Notes under the pieces: generated by a model
The model's database searches: none
Seen by the model: only the letters and a program-made list of their open reading frames with translations
What the model was told of the DNA's origin: nothing
Program-made: the position numbers and the translations under genes
NCBI GenBank assembly: GCA_000934665.2
Contig: KZ538307.1
Coordinates: 62,001 to 84,885, forward strand
DNA from: Catajapyx aquilonaris
Lineage: Eukaryota
DNA: 22,885 nucleotides
Direction: 5' to 3'
Shown here: positions 10,397 to 21,569 of the stretch, piece by piece
Numbering within the stretch: the first letter of the stretch is position 1
How the letters are laid out: each line of letters begins with the position of its first letter

Positions 10397-13300
10397 CGAT
10401 GGGCTTGTTTCCAACCCCCGTCCGTAGCATACGCCGTATCTCGGAGTGTGTCAGAACAGAACTCAGACGGCGTGCAGCGTTGGTCGGTGAATGTTGGGTT
10501 ACGGGGACGGTTGTGGGTGGCCAAGTTTAGGTTGAAAAATAGACAGGTCGAAGGTCATGCTCACTCAAGTGCTTCCTACCCGCTAGAAATCTTGGCGATA
10601 TTTTGTGCCACATTTTCCGCCCATTTTTTGATAAAACGCCTTTTTTTGTACACTGGATCACAACAAGAAAGTGGTAAATTGTTGGTCACCCTGGAGAAGT
10701 TACGCAGGAAGTTCAGTAAGCGCCGCGCCAGTACCGGCTCCAGCCAACCCAAACAGGTACCGTATTGCACAGAAATTGGACCTTGGTTCTTGTTTGTAAA
10801 CATATGGGTCAGCGACCTGGTCGCTTCGGACGGCCAAAAAAATGTGCATGTTTGCGTCCGTTGTAATTTCGCAAACGCATAGTAGCCACGTATATTGATG
10901 ACTAGCATAGTACCACAATGTGGATTATTTATGAGTGGTCTCCGGGCATGAATTCGCTTCCATATAAGCGAGCGGTCATGTTTTTTTTTTCTATCTGCAC
11001 ATGACACTCGGCACGTCATGAGTTGCCCGAACACGAAAGTAACAAGGGAGATTTCAATTTCGCCATAATGTCCACTTCCGTCGCTAACAATTTCAGCAAA
11101 ACAGTCCTGCAGCAGGTGCGGGATAAATGGCATTCATTTCACCCACACTCGAGTTGTGTAATATTACGAAACTGCGTGGGGAGCATTAGCACAAAAAAGC
11201 CAGTTCGCATTTCCCAACTCTCTTCTAGCCCTATTCGTATGCAGCTAGGGCCTGCAAATAATTGGACCTAATGAGGCCTGCTCCGAAAACGCCGCTTAGG
11301 GCCAAGTTTTGCTAGCTTTCCCTGGAGCCACTTCCGAACAAAAATATGAACCTGGCAAAACGTGAATTCTGCCCTAGTGACCCCTTCCTAGACCGGCCAG
11401 TATTAAATGTTGCACTCATGACACGAGGATTGATAATATGTGTTTACTTATCCTCGAGGGACAAAGCAGCCTCCCCTCGGCTGTTGATTAGATTTGAGCC
11501 TTTTGAACACAATCAACGAGTAACGTAAGGTGACAAGGACGTAATTTGATCAACTGTATTGTAATCAAGTTTTTAGGAGCGATTCAGAAGTGAGCACAAT
11601 GCAAATAAAGGCTCATCAGGTCGACCGATTTATCCGGACGTTTGGGCGCCATTCTTGGGACGAAGGATGTCTTTTGTACGGATGTGATGCATTTAGCTGA
11701 CGTTTTACATGTGTGGATCTAATAGGTGGGGATTAATTTGGGGGTAGACTAAAAAGGGTTTCTGTGTTTCAGCTGTAAATCCTCCACGTCACATGAAGGA
11801 TGTTTTACGTTACTGGGGGTCTTTTGTTGAGAGAGAACTTTTTTTTTGTCAGATTCCTGATAAAGTGGGGGTATTTTGAAAAATTCATAACGTCTGACAT
11901 CCGCAATCAGGGACATTGTTTGGGAGCGGCGTACACAAAATGTCAACATCAGCAATCAAGGGGAGATTAATTGGCGTGCTCTTCCCGGACTCCCTTTTAT
12001 GAGATACTTCCAGTGATTAGAGCCGGCTCTCGCATATTTCCACTGATTGTAATTTTTTAATGTCATCAGCAAGTCAAAGCAGATCCGTACAACGAGCAGT
12101 CCTGGGATTTTCGCTAGACCCAAAAATTAACTAATTCGAAGAAAGGGCGGATGTAATTTTACGCACAGATTATTCTGCGCCGCCTTATTAAAAATATATG
12201 GGGGGCAAGTGGCATGCGGGAGATTATTCCTGAATGACAACTGGCGTGTGCCAATCCCATCTGACACATCTCCAGGTCTAATTTCCTTCCTGCAATATCT
12301 CGTGTGCATTAATTAGAAGCGTCACGCACATTCCGTGTCGATATGTAACGTATATACCCTGGTGCGTAGAAAAAGGTGGGCCATTAGCATACAAATGAAC
12401 TTCCTGCTCTACAACAATGTGCCAGGAACAATGGGGAATATCATTTCTCAGCTCAATCCGGGGCCACCCTTCTTTTTTTTCCCCCTATCCTTTCCCCGGA
12501 TGGAACACAAAAGAAGAGGATGGCCCTTTTTGTGTCCTCTTGAGACGATCTTCTTTGGAGAAAAGAAATGCGAAGTACGAGACGACAAGAGGGGAGTTAC
12601 TCATAAATAGGAACCTGCTCCGGAGGTTCCGGGTAGGGCATAAAAAAGGCCCCGGAATTTATGGTATATAGGCGGTGCTTCAGAAGCTCTTCAGAAGACA
12701 CGAGTTTTTTTTCTCTTCCTAGCGGGTGTCACTTGACGATAGTATACTTCGCGGCCAATTTATAGCCCGTATGCCCCTTTGGGAAATAGCGATGGATGGG
12801 CTTTTTTGGGAGAGGCCCCCATATATTTATTGTACCTTCTAAAATAGTCGGTGCCAAATGCTCAGGGCTTGCCCTCGATCTATTTATTCCTCTTGTCAGT
12901 GCGAGGTCCCTTTAAAAAATATGCACTCCCGTCTTTACAGGCGCGAGATTGGAATAATAAAGCCGTCCCCGAGGAAGTGGCATTAGCTATCCAAGTACTT
13001 ACTGGCGAAGATTGGTGGAAAATCTGGGTGTAAATAATGCAGGACACTTTTATGCCTCGATAGGTCCCGCGTAGGCGAGTGACATGGATGGAAAATGTTG
13101 CTCCTTTAGAAAAGACGTAGGCGTGGGCGTTGGTTGTGTGGGGCTGGCACCCACACCTTGCCCTCAATAACCCTTTGGCACATGTGCGACCTTCTGAGAT
13201 GCAAAAGACTTCGTGGAGAATTAGGTCCCGCCAGCTTCCACATGGAAGTCGTATCCTTGAGAAACGACGCCACAGGGACTATCACTAGCTATTACAAGTT

Positions 13301-14129
13301 CGTAGAGGAAGATTCTTATTGCTGGGTATAAAAAAGAAGGTTGGAGGTGCTCGACTGAGAGAGATGATAATGAAAGAAGACAGCCAGTCAGGTGGTATGA
13401 TGGCAGCTGTGAAGGTGGCTGCTTTTGTAACCTGGAAACGTTATATCCTATTTGTGCGGAAGTCTTTACATGTTTTCTAAGTATACGTGCCTTGTTGCAG
13501 GCTCTGACGTCATCAATTTCTCCTCTTCGCCACATTGGTTCATGTCTGGTAGCTGGTCTGTAGGGAATTGAAAGTGTTATGTAGAATGATACTGTGTGGA
13601 ACATAGTCTACGTATATAAATGATGCACAGTAATGTACTGCAGAACTTGAGAAATTGCGCTTGGCGGTAGACCACACAGTGTATATCTGTAATTAATCGC
13701 ATCATGATTGGTGAGGCGTTGTCACACCCTGAAGACAACTTGATTACTCGCAGGTCCAAAGGCAACTTAATTAATCCGCACTCGGGGCGTTCCTTAACTC
13801 CGATGGGGAAGGTGCCTTATTGGAGACGAGAAGACTTAAGGGGACTTGGGCGGTTGTTAACAGCCGACTAAGGCGATCACAAAACCCTGGGCGATTCGAC
13901 TTTGATTCGCTTCCTAATGAGAAGAGCCGCCTCATGTGAAGAGGAATCGGGGGTAAAGGCACGATAAGACGGAATACCGCAATAAAGAGCGCTTTAAAAG
14001 GCAGGCAGTGGAGTGCCTGCTTCTTAAAAAATAATGCAGCTTCAGGGTTTGCTCGTAAAAGGAAATGTCAGTGCCCGAGAGTAGTTGTGCGCTTCTCCAA
14101 AATTTGACCGAACAAAGGCGCCGTTGTGA

Positions 14130-14717
14130 GGGAAGAGTGGGAATTGTTTACACAGTGGAACCAGTGCCAAAAAAGCGGAATGTAGCCACACTTCAGAAAT
14201 AACGAACAATGTAACCTTTGAGGACCCAAGCAGTGTCCGTCAAGACCAGGTTCCAGCTCGCGAAGTCATGGCACGATTCTCCGGCCACTGTTGTTGGCTC
14301 CACCTGGAAGCGCAGTGGTCCTCCCACGTGCTGCCGATCAATCCCAATTCTGACACACCTGTGATTAATGAGCTCAAGGATCAATCTGGAGAGGATTGCT
14401 CGAGGGAGGAGGAAAAAACGGAACTAAAGACTTTTCTGGGCCACCGCCCACCTTCTTCTCTCCGCTTACCTAACCGGATTAGGTTTCTACGGTGCCCAAG
14501 TTCCTCTGATGCATCGGTCCAACAGGAGTGGTTGTCAGCCACGCAAATCACGTGCCGTCAGCTCGTGTTGCTATGTGGCAGTCGGGAGAATGACAACACA
14601 AAAAAACTTGATTTTTGTTTACCCCGGAGGCCGGGTCATAGCAGAAAGCGCGGCGACATCGACACCCATATTTGGGCTCTGGGCACATCTGCCCACGTCT
14701 CCTTCGGAATTGGGTAG
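14130..14717 (+). CDS. Open frame of 195 sense codons stop-to-stop (149 aa from ATG 14268); hypothetical or spurious
   Basis: No stop between the TGA at 14127-14129 and the TAG ending at 14717. The first half is hydrophilic (DTPVINELKDQSGEDCSREEEKTELK). No recognisable homology or convincing splice context. Confidence 0.2.
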   Translation, partial: GKSGNCLHSGTSAKKAECSHTSEITNNVTFEDPSSVRQDQVPAREVMARFSGHCCWLHLEAQWSSHVLPINPNSDTPVINELKDQSGEDCSREEEKTELKTFLGHRPPSSLRLPNRIRFLRCPSSSDASVQQEWLSATQITCRQLVLLCGSRENDNTKKLDFCLPRRPGHSRKRGDIDTHIWALGTSAHVSFGIG

Positions 14718-15619
14718 AGTTCCACCCGCTCCCATCCAAGAATAGCGGCCGATAGACTAATGGAGGGGTGTATTTCACGCCTCCCGAAACATGAACTGTC
14801 ATTTAGGATAGTTTCGGGCCTGTTATATGGGCCGTAGAGAGGAAATTGTTGCTGCTCTCCAACTATGGAGGGTACACGACATGATTGAGGATAAGAGGTC
14901 GCCGGAGAATTGCACTAGGAAATTGAGTGTCGATAAGGCGGCCATTTTGGGGCCCGGGACCGGTGTGGCGCCTCGGTTAATTAGTCGTGCCGATGCGTTG
15001 GAGATAAGTGCTTCGGTATACAAAGGACCCGGTTCTAAGACTGGTGACACAAGTGCGGGCCTTGCAAATTAAATTTTACGCATGGTTTAGTCTGTGTAAG
15101 TAAATATGGTGCGGCCAGGCGTAGCTATTAATACGGTACGAGTATTGTACTTGAGGAGAAATTGAGAGAGAGCTGAAACTTCCGATTTCTTTAAAGTGTG
15201 GTAGATTAAAATTGTCTTTCTTTTACAGTATAGAGTAAATAATAGATGGCAAGATAATAAAAGCTGCATTGTTGTATAGGTGACGTCAGTTTCGCCGATT
15301 GGGAGTGTCACGAGGCGTCGAAAGCCATCGTACCTTCCTTGTGGCATGGTAGCGACAGCAGGATGGTTGTTAGTGTGTTACGCGAAAAAAGATGGAAAGC
15401 TCCGGGCTGGCTGCGGCATCACTAGCATTTTTTCCCGTCGTACCGTTTTTTCCCGACTTTGCTTGCTTCCCCAAATAGCTATGGGCTCCGGAGTTGCCGG
15501 AAGCAGAGGTCCTTTTTGCTTTCCAACGCCTCATCAGACCCGCGGGGCCGCCATTTATGATACCCGTGGGACGGAAAACCAATGAAGAATGTGTTTATCT
15601 TTCGGGGGTTAGATGAGGC

Positions 15620-15643
15620 GGGTGGAGTTGGGGGGCGGGAGGG
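15620..15643 (+). other. Canonical G-quadruplex-forming motif
   Basis: GGG-TGGAGTT-GGGGGG-C-GGG-A-GGG fits the G3+N1-7 x4 pattern. Actual folding is not shown. Confidence 0.5.
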
Positions 15644-18600
15644 TATCTGGAATTCTTGCACCTATATACACTGTTGTCTTAACGTTTGAAGGTGATGTAG
15701 CGGCCATTTTCTGATACGAGGTGCGGAATGACATCAGAGTTGGAATTTTCAATTAGCCCGTGAGGTCACCTGACGAAGGTCTGCCATTTTTTAAAGCTGC
15801 GTCTAACTTGTTTGGGTCTCGTATTTTACTGTCAGCATTTTTGAATGTCCTGTTTTTTGGGGGTGGCAAAACGAAGAAACACGCTCCATGGAGACCTTTT
15901 TTGGGGGGAGTTGGGAGCGACATGGAAAAGCGGCAATGACATTAATGAATTTAATTACGCGTCTGCAAGAGATCGGAGCTGATGCCGACGGAGCCATTCA
16001 TACAAAGTTGATGAGACAGCCTTTTTTAGAAGCTTGCCTACACGTGAAGCTTGAAGATGGAACCGAAAAGGGAAAGTGAGGTTGGGGGAGAGCTTTTTAT
16101 GATAAATGAGTCTCGTTTCGTTAGTCTCAGAATTTTTTAAATGTATCCGCGCGTAGGAATATTGCGTGAAAGCGAAGTGTTTTTTATGTCGAAAGTGTGC
16201 TTTTTGGGTAGGGGGAATCAGAAGTTGCTGTAATCAGGTCGTGATGAAGGAGACCTTGCTTCTCTTGTGGCTCTGAAGAGGGCAAAAACCTCGTATGAAG
16301 TGGGTTTTTGGCTAGGCGACGATGGCCACTTTGGACCCTGTTCACCATACTGGTCGAGAGTTTTTAAAAAAGTTTGCCATGTGGCTTATAGCAAGTGCTA
16401 CTGACATCATCACCATATGCGGGCATCATTTTTTTCGCCTTTTTTGCTATTACAGCATTATGAGTCACCATGTGTTCACATATTAGATTTGGGTACGTGT
16501 GGGTTGGATGCACACCTGTTTGATTGGTAGTCAAAAAATTTTGCGCGCACACGCTCTTAAAATTCAGCGCAGCAGATTATTACTTCCTTTCTCTGCTGAC
16601 AACGTTAAAAAAAATGATGGAAAGAGGGGTAATGGAAACGCCATGCGAATGCAAAATGATAGGTTTGCTGTATCACGTCCAGCCAGGGAAATGAAGTGTT
16701 GCCCTTCGCTACATAATAACAAGAGTTGAAAGGTGTGGACGCCACATGATAAAAGAAGATTCCCAACGGCAATGGCACGTGGCTTCCCACCCCTCTAATT
16801 ACACATTTCCATTGCCTGGCAGGCAACCGTGGATACGTACGGAATTTTTTGGCACGCGAAACTTATTTCTAGCCATGTGCATAAATGTGGACTTATTCAT
16901 AATCATACTAAAAAAATAGAGACTCGACCGCATTACGTGGGAATGTGGCCTCCATTTGTGAGGACGTAAAAAACCCGAGTTTTTGATGATATCTCGCCTG
17001 TCTGGAAGATTTTATTTCGCACTTTTTTGCCTGCACCGAATGAATTTTTATGGAATGGTAGGGGAAGGGTCCTGAGTTTTTTTCTGTTCCTTTTTAATAC
17101 CACGGAAGCTTAACAGCTGGAGTGGACGTGCTCTGATGCTTCGGATAATTCCTCTGTAGTTAATTCTGTGCGTGATGGGAGCTTTTTTCTCTCACAATCT
17201 TTATATAGAAGTTATTAAGTGGCTATTTTGTGATGATGTAACTCCGATCGTCTTATTAGTCATCGCGTAGAAAACATAGTCTCCCGCAGGTCGTAAAATT
17301 GGGAAGGATTACAATTATTAGAGTGCCAGAGGAAGGATTTGATATCATGTAGACGAGAGTCTTTTCAAGGAATGTGTGAGTAGGGAGTAGGGGGTTAAAA
17401 TATACGGCCCCCCTTGCATGTATCTGCTCCTGTTATTCAAATGCAGGGACTCCTTGATATCCCTTTTATTTCACTGTTTTATGGTCCGAAGCGACGAGGA
17501 AAAGAGATGCTGTTGGTCTGCCAGCTGTTTACAGCCCTTTCTCAAGAATTGACTTTTCCGCACCCCCTGTTTTCGCCAACTTTGGAATCAGTTTCCTGCA
17601 GCTTTTGTTCGCTCTGGGGATATATGCCTGATACGTATATCATCAGAGCATTCTTGAAATCTGCACTTATGGTCCTTCAAGTGCTGGGTGGTCGAGTGTC
17701 ACAGCTGACAGACTAATTGATTTCCCTCTTCTGGTCTCCCCTCCCTATTTGGAGGCGGGTATTGATGACCAGGCGTGTGTGGATGATGTCATTGATTTAT
17801 TGGAGAGTCGCCTCTTCAGAGCGGGGACCACAAAACAGTAATGTGGCTGCGTGATGGGCATATCGGAGGCGCCTAAGAAAGCTCTCCCTCCCTTCGTCAG
17901 CTGCCCTCAAATGGACACCAACTATCCATCTCCAGTTCAAAATTGTGGGCTCTCCCCAGTCCCCCCCTCCATCCCATCGGTCCATTCCTGCTGCTTTCAG
18001 CCTGGACTAACATGTCGACGCAACTATTTGACTTTGGCCGAATGGGGGGGCTCGCGTCACTGGCATCCGTCGCCCGTTTCTCTTCTGGGGGAAATATGGT
18101 GGGTCAGCAGAACGACATAATTGGACACTATACAAGGCAGGGTAGAAATAATGTAGCCCACGGTATGAGATTCAAGTGCAGCGCCTGCTGGAGGACAGTG
18201 CTGCAATCTGTCGGCGTCATTTTCGAAGCAAGTGGAAGATATGAAGCTGATGGAGGTGGACTTGAAGTTGGTCAGAATATGAAGAGGAATGTCTCAGATC
18301 TCTGGCGCACCGAAGTTGAGGGCGAAGATGGCTGAAATGGCCCTACGTCACAGCTTCAAACTCTGTAACTGGAGGAAGTCGTTGAAGAAAAGGGCCTGTA
18401 ATTGTTTCTGGACGACACACATGCAGTAGGGATGTGGGGGATGGATGGGGCGCATTAGTGGGCGTGTTTGGGGTGTTAACGACTCCCCAAGTTCGCCGCC
18501 AAAACTGCTGCTCGCGCCGCCATCATTCAGCGCTGATCACACCCACATGACTTCCCCAACTCATTACGCTAATTAGGGAACAACTGGCGAGAGCCCGACT

Positions 18601-18960
18601 TAAGTCGTCCGGAATCTCCAATCACGACAACCCCTGGGATATTTTTCCCCCGTCTCTTCAACCCGGTTCTATCGGGCGAAATAGGGAGACTCAAAGTTGC
18701 AAAGTCCGGCCATTTGAAACATGATAAAATCAAGTTGTTATCCGGAGAAAATATAAGGATCACTCGGCTGTTTTTTGATTGGTTCGGCAGTGGTATTCTC
18801 GCGTTTCAGTCTCGAAGTCAGTCAGCATCCAATTCGAAACGCATTTATTGCTCGAGTTTAATCATTACGGACGGTAGGGAACAAAGAGCCAAGAATCTCC
18901 CCCATCATACTAGCTAGCCCTGGCCATCGATTTTTGAGAACGAGGTGGGCTTGAGTGGAA

Positions 18961-19043
18961 CACCCCCTCCTCTCCCTATACCTTCCCTCTCTCTCACTCT
19001 CTCTCCCATTCGCCTTCCTACTCCCACCCCCCACCCATCCCTA
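18961..19043 (+). promoter_or_regulatory. CT-rich (pyrimidine) tract, core-promoter or 5'UTR-like
   Basis: About 80 nt that are almost entirely C/T (CACCCCCTCCTCTCCCTATACCTTCCCTCTCTCTCACTCTCTCTCCC...). Such tracts commonly lie at transcription starts of filamentous fungal genes. Function here is inferred. Confidence 0.35.
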
Positions 19044-20481
19044 TTCAGGATCACAGGATCTCTTTTCATGGATTCAGCTGCAAAAGAGTAGCAGCGTTGC
19101 CGGGTTCAGTGAACGCCGTTTTAGGCTAATAGTATGTATCAAAATAGATTGCTGAACCTGACAGTGTATTCCACTTGGAGATTGAACTTTTCTCGGAGAC
19201 GCTTTGTGCAGCTTTGTGTGCTTAGGATAAACTGAATTAGATTGAATTGTTATTGTAGGCAGTGACGTGCTGGCCAGGTTTTTGGGCGGCATGCTTTAAC
19301 CTAATTGAAAGGGCCATTCGTGCATTAGTTCATTGCAGCTTGATTGACAATTTTGCAGAGATGAGGATAAAAAATTGCCTATCATTGGTCACTATGTTGC
19401 TGTCAGCCGAAGAAGCACTTATTCATTGTTGATTGATGAGTAGATACTTCGCTCATGCCTGCGATGGAGTCAGTTTTTTTAAATGCCGTGCTGTCTAACT
19501 TGATATGTTTTCAACATGCATATTGTAATGCAGGAGAAGGATCCATATGATAGCTTATCTTGTATCTTGGAGTAGTCCGGTTGAGCCAGTGAAATTCCTC
19601 CAACCTGCTACTTGCATAATACCTAAGCTGTTACGCCTTGAGGCTGGGGATTTTGATCCAGGGACACGAACACTTCCATGTCATTTTCCTATAAATTGGG
19701 TAGCAGGTAACAAGGCATGAGAAATACATTACATAGTAAAGAATGACTGAATAATATAGTATGAAACACAACACTGTGGAGGTGCTGTCTGATTGGGGGA
19801 ATACCCAGCTGGAATATAAGTCGTTGTCGGGATGGAGGAGAAAGAAAGAAGCATGAAAGAGGAAGTAGGTCCATAAATGCAGAGTCACGTTTGGTTGTTC
19901 GTGAAGGAGCACTTGTGCACTTGCTAATACGATGAGGTATAAAGTTCTACCCGGATTACGTAATGACAGAGACTGCCCATTTGTCAGTTTTAGGCACGTT
20001 TTCAAAATCATTTTGTGTCCAATTCTAAAACGCGTTCAATTTATCACCCGTGCGGTATTTGTGGCTCATTCGTGTCTGTCAGGAGTGACAATCAAGGACC
20101 ATTCGGCAAAATTGTTAGGTGTCGAAATTTCCAACCAATGCAATGCAATGACATCGAAATGAGTTTACATGCCTTGCCCACCTAGGTAATTTTTCCACCC
20201 CCTGTTTCTTTTTTTAATGCACTAGATCGAACCGTATCGAACTTTTTCCAGTCCGTCAAGCCTAGAGGATATATGCTAATGATATCAGGAGGGGAAAAGA
20301 GTACACGTGCTATTGGGAAACTTGAGACGTAGAAATCTGTATAGATATTCTTAACTCAGGAAGAAAGGGGGAAAAAAATAGAGCCACGACTCGGTCTCTC
20401 TGTACTTTCCATGAAAGTTTAATTTTAATGAGGGAACTAGAGTTCCTCTCTAATGCTGACGCGACCCATTTGGGGGCTCTG

Positions 20482-20720
20482 GAAAATCTATGGCGCTCCA
20501 TACCGAAGTTTCGGTTGGAATCCTATACGCCAATGCGGGACAAGTTGGTGGGGAAATGTTGGGTCATTAAACGTCGTAGGACCCCCCCCCCCCCTCCCAT
20601 CGCCCTCTGATTTTAACTCGGTTCGAACAGTAGTTTCCATTTTGTACTGTTTTCCGGCCCTGCCCCCACCCAGCACCCCACTTCGCCCATGCCAAAACCA
20701 CGGATTTGAAAATCTATGGC
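20482..20720 (+). repeat. 13-bp direct repeat GAAAATCTATGGC at 20482-20494 and 20708-20720
   Basis: Two exact copies flanking a 213-bp segment. Confidence 0.8.
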
Positions 20721-21569
20721 ATTGTAAATTTATTTGCGTGACATTTCCTGTCAGGAGAAATGTGACACATTTGGTCCATCTGTCCTAATGAAGTTTTTCG
20801 GCGAGCAGTAATTAATTAGACGAGTCAATAGGAGCATGAATTGTGTGGGGATGTGTAGATGAAGATGTGCAAAAAGTGTCGTCGCATTGCAGATATTTGG
20901 CGCAACTGAATTTCCACAGAACCTGGCTTTTTTGCGTGGAGCTAAATCGCATTTGTGCTGGAAAGATTCTTTCGCTTTATGATGTTTTGAGCCATTCCAT
21001 TTATAGTCCCGAGAGCTACTTCATCGCGTTTCTCCACAGGGAACCTCTAGACGTGTTTTTTTCTCTTTCTTTCTCACAACCTTATTTTAAGAGGAGAAAA
21101 CTTTTTTGGAAGGTCCTCCAACCTGCCTATTTGCAACTCTTAGCCGAGAAATTATCGTATTAAAGTAACTTTTACGCCTTGATTAAGAGAAGCCTGAATT
21201 TGAAGCGGGCTTTAACTTTTCATTTTGGTGTAGAATTTTGCGAGTTATGCTTTTATGTTCTCCTTTGGGATATGGAAGGGGGTTATGAATCTTTCGCTTT
21301 GAAACGTCATTAGGTTAGCAGTCGTTCAAGAGTCTTCCATTCAATAGGCGGGCTCGTTAATATTTGTCTCGGTGATCACTAAATTGTAAACATCTATAAT
21401 GTAGCGTCACGGCTGTTGTAACCACTGTCGAGGATAAAAGAAGCTAACGTCTGAACGAAAAGATGAATTATTCAAATCTTCGGTTCGGAAAGTCAATGTA
21501 CCTTATAGCGTATGTGGGTCAGGCAAATCGAAACCAAATAATAGATCAGTCTTTATTTAGCCATGGAGG

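Noticed and set aside
12678..12697. CTTCAGAAG x2 as a heat-shock element
   Set aside because: The TTC-GAA spacing is 1 nt rather than the 2 nt of nTTCnnGAAn.
13505..15288. Two TGACGTCA (CRE-like) sites and scattered CACGTG boxes
   Set aside because: Short motifs, not clustered and not linked to a supported gene; counts are not clearly above chance.
17943..18430. Fragments resembling a decayed coiled-coil protein (YEIQVQRLLED, KQVEDMKLMEVDLK, LEEVVEEK)
   Set aside because: Joining them requires several frameshifts and stops, which cannot be supported without a homology search.
19631..20011. 126-aa hydrophobic minus-strand ORF
   Set aside because: Its composition mirrors a purine-rich plus strand, and the nearby splice signals favour the plus strand.
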